In this document: positions 63,259-64,000 of the stretch, piece after piece
Position numbering within the stretch: position 1 is the first letter of the stretch
Layout of the letters: each line of letters opens with the position of its first letter
From: Octopus sinensis
Taxonomy: Eukaryota
Length of the DNA: 64,000 nt
Direction: 5' to 3'
NCBI RefSeq assembly: GCF_006345805.1
Contig: NC_042999.1
Coordinates: 128,030,001-128,094,000 of the forward strand
Notes under the pieces: generated by a model
What the model saw: only the letters and a program-made list of their open reading frames with translations
Told to the model about the DNA's origin: nothing
The model's database searches: none
Made by a program: the position numbers and the translations under genes

Positions 63259-64000
63259 ACCTTCTCTCTTCCTTTCTCTCCCTTCACCTTCTCTTGCTCT
63301 CTCCCTACATTTACTCTGTGATCCAGACTGTACCTTTATTTCTGATCCTTTTCATACCTTGTCTGCTACGTAAATAGATATAAAACTTTGGTATTCTTCC
63401 TATTTCTTTTCTCCTCCTTTTCTTATCACTTTTTTCTTTTTCTTTGACAAAGAATATAACCTAACATTTTAGATCCTCTTTTATTCTTTCCTTAGCATTA
63501 TTATTGTAATTGTGCATATTCTTTGACTATTACAGTTTCCTTTCATTTCCCTTTTCTACCATGTGTTTACTTGTCTAACTCATATTATTTGTTTGTCTCA
63601 GCTCATTATCTTGCTCATTTTACTTGTGGATAGGTTCATGTGTGTGCGTGTGTGCATGAGGATGTCACTACTCATGAACACTATTTGAGTGAAAATATAT
63701 AGCTTTGCTTATAGTCTCTGTTAAGCAAAAATCTCATAGTGTTGCTTTCAATAATTGAGGACCAGCTTACTTGGAAATCAGGTAAGGATTGGCAACAGGA
63801 AGGCATCTAGTTGTAGTAAACCTGCCTGCGTAAATTTAATCTGCTTCATACTGGCATGGAAAAATGGACATAAAAGTGAATAAATGAACACACACACATG
63901 CATCTGCACGTGAAGGTGAGGGGATGATGTAACTAATCTCAAATTAATGGAGTGATTTGATGATCTTCAATGATCCTCAGTGCTGGATGAAAGGCAGAAT

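Noticed and set aside
60141-64000. ELAPOR exon 4 (expected WxPxGxYIxS-type motif)
   Set aside because: No phase-2 acceptor followed by such a motif was found; it presumably lies beyond the window.

Overview
AT-rich, repeat-dense animal genomic DNA. The SINE, MITE and microsatellite landscape looks like an octopus or other coleoid cephalopod (inferred from recalled repeat families, no search run). One protein-coding gene is well supported: the 5' part of an ELAPOR (KIAA1324/UPF0577/EIG121-family) gene on the + strand. Its coding exons 1-3 are at 17268-17606, 54432-54555 and 59927-60140, with a 36.8-kb first intron, and later exons lie beyond the window. The rest is mostly transposon debris: several tRNA-derived SINE families, Tc1/mariner fragments and MITEs, piggyBac-like MITEs, non-autonomous Helitrons, a deleted Gypsy integrase block, and CRE, RTE, CR1/L2 and Tx1-like LINE fragments. 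Almost all ORFs in the supplied track are microsatellite artefacts. The most notable unexplained signals are two minimal type-I hammerhead ribozyme motifs on the minus strand inside intron 1. One sits in the spacer of a ~110-bp-arm inverted-repeat element (30487-30527), and one forms the 3' tail of a tRNA-headed SINE (45068-45113). There is also a series of long fold-back palindromes next to (TA)n tracts. Coordinates of degraded repeats are approximate; exon, TSD and palindrome coordinates were counted by hand.
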